This document shows, piece by piece, positions 60,782 to 64,000 of a stretch of DNA of 64,000 nucleotides (the first letter of the stretch is position 1; each line of letters starts with the position of its first letter). The stretch comes from Selaginella moellendorffii. Lineage: Eukaryota; Plantae; Lycopodiophyta. The translations under genes and the position numbers were made by a program. The notes below the pieces were generated by a model. It saw only the letters and a program-made list of their open reading frames with translations. It did no database searches and was not told where the DNA came from. The stretch is taken from contig NW_003314284.1 in NCBI RefSeq assembly GCF_000143415.4, positions 248,001 through 312,000 of the forward strand, written 5' to 3'.

Positions 60782-61083
60782 AGGTATGATAAAGGAAGGA
60801 AAGGAGAGATGAGATGTGATCATTCTAACCTTGGTTTAAAGGAAGAGAATTACTGCAATGGTTGTTACCGTTTTACCTTGCAACGTTCGACTGCCACCTA
60901 AGACGCAAACCGTTTGTCCTCGAGGTAACTGTTTTTTTCTCTTTGTGTGGGTGTTTTCTATCGGTTGTTTCATGTGGAACAGGCTGCCGATAGATAGGTT
61001 TGTCTCAAGCTGGAATTTTTTTCCCATCCATCGGGAATTCGAGCATGGTTATCAGATTCGAGGTCTCGCAAGAGCGAAAAAAA

Positions 61084-61521
61084 ATGGAACCAAGAGTGGC
61101 AAGATCGAAGGTAGGCCGCCCAGAAGAACAATGCGAGGACCAAGTTTCATGCAAGGAAGCTTGCTGTAGCTGCTGTGGCGGGCTCACTGGGATTTGCGCG
61201 GCGTTTTGCTGCTGCCCACTCACGATCCTCCCGCTGGCGGGATTCGTGTGCGTCAAGATCCCCGCCAAGCTCGCCAAGAGATTCGCGAGGAGGTTGAGGA
61301 AGCAGCCCAGCCGGAAGCTATGGAGGATGGGATCGTCCGAAAGAGGGCGGCCTGTGAGCCTCAATCTCTTTGGCAGCGGCAGGATCCAGGGTGGCGACGA
61401 GCAGCTACGATTCGTGGAGAGCGTGGGATTTGGGAATTCGGGCGATTGGAGGGAGTATTTTGGTGGAGGATCGCGGCGGGGTAGTGGCCGCTGCCCGGAA
61501 GAACAAGACGCGTGTAGCTAG
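61084..61521 (+). CDS. Small Cys-rich plant protein of unknown function
   Basis: CCSCCGGLTGICAAFCCCPL..GFVCVKIPAKLAKRF matches a conserved plant 'CGG.T..CAA.CCCP..K.P..L..R' family; intronless. Confidence 0.65.
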   Translation: MEPRVARSKVGRPEEQCEDQVSCKEACCSCCGGLTGICAAFCCCPLTILPLAGFVCVKIPAKLAKRFARRLRKQPSRKLWRMGSSERGRPVSLNLFGSGRIQGGDEQLRFVESVGFGNSGDWREYFGGGSRRGSGRCPEEQDACS

Positions 61522-61722
61522 ATCCTGTAGGTAGGCTAGTTCCTCTACTTGTATAAAGTATCCACGAAAGACAAATGTATGTTGGGCATTAGCAAAATTT
61601 CTCCAGTCTCTAGGGTTTTTGGCGATTGGAGCGCGCACGGAGAGATCCAGCGCCAGGAAGCTAGGTAATCCAAGATCTCGCGTCTTCCTCCTCGATTCAG
61701 CTAGAAATATCTCTCCTCAGCG

Positions 61723-64000
61723 ATGGAGGATCTCCCGGAGGAGCTGAGGACTCCTCCCGTTGCGCTCGCCGCGCTGGTGGGAATGCCCGAGCTTCATCCA
61801 CAGATTTCGATGTCGCTCCACACGGAGCAGCCGCCGATCAACACCCTGGCGCTTCCGGATTTCTCCAAGGTGGCTGTGATTGGAGGCAAGGAGGGAGCTC
61901 CGCTCGAGGCTAGGATTCCAGCTCCAGCAGGGGTCCTCAAGGCCGATTGGATGCACAAGCATCGAACCAAAGTTCCTGCCGTGTTGGCTGTGCTCTTCGA
62001 TCGAGAGCAAGTTAACGGGGATCCAGCGCAATGGATGGAAGTTTGTAGCCATCTAGACAATGTCAGGTTAGTCTTTTGCCTCTTCGTGTTTGTACTCTAA
62101 CTGAGACGAGTGTACTAGGAATGTGATTCGCGGAAGGAACACGAAGTTGGTTGTGGCGATCGTCCAGCCAACTCTTCACGGTATTTATATACATTTGTCC
62201 CTCTTATAATGAATTTTTTCTTGCATATCCTTCTGTTCAGGTGAAATCAACGATGATCGAACGGCTGCTCTTCGAAAACGTGCAGAGCTTGACAACAAGT
62301 GTTGTATGACGTTCATATCTCACGATCCGACTGAATTGAAACGATCTCTCGCGAGGTTCGTTTTTGTTTTTTTGTGCTGGTGAATATCGTTTTCTGTGTA
62401 CGATGCAGGCTAGGGAGTATTCTGGGGGAGCTTGCAAATCTTTATTACAAAGAACAGTCGCGCCGTGTGAAAGCTCGTCTTGACAAAAAGAACTGGACTG
62501 CGACCGAGATTGCTGTTCGTTTCAATTTTAAGGTATTGCCAGCATTTCAAAGCTTTGAACTTCTGATTACTCCGCTGTGATGCAGATGGGTTACTACGCG
62601 GAGTTTCGCAGAGATTGGGTGACTGCCCTCAGGTTTTATGAAACGGCGTACACTCTTCTGCTGGAGGTGCTTCTCTTCTANNNNNNNNNNNNNNNNNNNN
62701 NNNNNNNNNNNNNNNNNNNNNNNNNNNNNNNNNNNNNNNNNNNNNNNNNNNNNNNNNNNNNNNNNNNNNNNNNNNNNNNNAGGTATTTCATGTTTTCTCG
62801 TTCATCGTGGTCTGAAAAAAAGTGAACGTTGCAGATAGCTGCTTCGTATATGGCTGGACGAAGACGAACCTTTGAGAGAGCGTTTGCAACTTTCGAGTCG
62901 TTTGATAATCCAGATGCAGTGGACGTTCTAGCTGGTCCTCCAGAAGAAGTTGGTCCGCCCCTCTACGTCGGACAAGGTCCTCGTGTTCTAAGCAGAATGT
63001 CAGAAGAACAGAGGTAACTATTCGCGTCGCTCTTGTTTCAGGCTCTTACATATGCCATTGCAGTGCTACACCCGACGAATACATGAGACATGCGATGCTG
63101 ACGGAAAGACAATTTCCTCATTCGCGAGCTGCAATAAATTTGTTGACTAAGGCTCACGAACAGTACAAAGCCACGCAAGCGACCCGGATGATTTACTATC
63201 TTGGAACGCAAATGGGCCGCGAATACTTTCATGCGGGCGAACATGAGAATGCAAAACGGCTATTCGACACCGTCGCCGAAATGTACAGAAAGGAGGCATG
63301 GGTTGAGCTTCTCGCCGCGAGCCTGGAATATCTGCGTGAAACGGCTAAACATCTCGGACTCTCTAAAGAGTTTCTGGAGTACAGTTTAGAGCTGGCGGCA
63401 TTGCCGGAGGAAAGCTGGTCAGAGGTGGCGAGAAGAAGTACTGCACTGACAGACGTCATTGCGGCTATTACAGGGACTGATGCACTGCCAGATGGTGAAG
63501 CTCCAATTGCTTTGGAGATCGACCTCGTCAGTCCTCTCAGGGGAGTTTTATCAGTTTGCGTTGCCTTCCACGAGCAGGCGGTGAAACCGGGTATGTCAAC
63601 ACGCTTGACAGTTTCCCTGCTCACTCATTTACCGCATCCGTTGGAACTTGATGACTTGGAGATACACTTCAACCAGAATGCTTGTAACCTTGCTCTCAAG
63701 CATTCTCTGGACCAGGGCCACGATCTGAAACTTATGCCGCATCAGTGGAAACGACTGGAAGTTGATATAATTGCAGGTACAATATCTCTTTCGAAAAATT
63801 ATCGGTTGTGATGTTTTTGTGCTTGTTGCAGTAAAAAGCGGGAAACTAGAGTGTCTGTTCGCTGTTGCACGACTAGGACGCAACACCACCGTTCGCTGTC
63901 AAGTGGAGAGCCCGGCTTCTAGAGAACCTGATCCGTTTTGGCAGTTTGAGCCAGCGCTCGAGAGTTACCCCGTGAAGGATAAGAACTTGGCTTTTCTAGG
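61723..64000 (+). CDS. TRAPPC11: Trafficking protein particle complex subunit 11 (foie gras/gryzun), 5' part
   Basis: MEDLPEELRTPPVAL..QPPINTLALPDFSK, GVLKADWMHKHRTKVPAV, YAEFRRDWVTALRFY, MGREYFHAG..YRKEAWVELL, LEIDLVSPLRGVL..VAFHEQ; runs off the window end. Confidence 0.93.
62681..62780. other. Assembly gap (100 N) inside TRAPPC11
   Basis: Run of exactly 100 N; one or more exons are probably missing. Confidence 0.99.

Overview
Gene-dense eukaryotic (land-plant) nuclear DNA with very short GT-AG introns (mostly about 45-75 bp) and PLS-type PPR genes rich in 'MPERN..SW' repeats. This style suggests a lycophyte such as Selaginella (inference). About 20 intact genes are recognisable: CAT amino-acid transporter (3' end), BIG-type ARF-GEF, peptide deformylase, ACR, ABC1K kinase, RPS21, RSH2/3, GSNOR, RUG1/2-like RCC1, a secreted pyranose-oxidase-like GMC enzyme, an 11-exon Gfo/Idh/MocA oxidoreductase, GGCT/AIG2-like, an SRA-only protein, DJ-1D, LISCL GRAS, RUNKEL, DYRK2-like, two PPRs, a Cys-rich protein and TRAPPC11 (5' part). 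Highlights the ORF track does not show: (1) a hidden 3-exon small secreted peptide gene with a signal peptide and a basic-site/DY motif (26112-26502), a candidate tyrosine-sulfated peptide hormone; (2) two Crinkler-like restriction-endonuclease-fold loci, one a decayed P-loop NTPase+REase pseudogene (about 1.5-3.1 kb) and one an intact SAM-like + apparently inactivated REase gene (21776-22782); (3) a 6.4-kb rearranged island (33.3-39.7 kb) bounded by about 1-kb inverted repeats, holding an intact AT-rich oxidoreductase gene, shredded RCC1 copies and a scrambled copia fragment; (4) a microbial-type GMC oxidase among several carbonyl/glutathione-detox genes. All family assignments come from motifs read by eye; no database searches were run.
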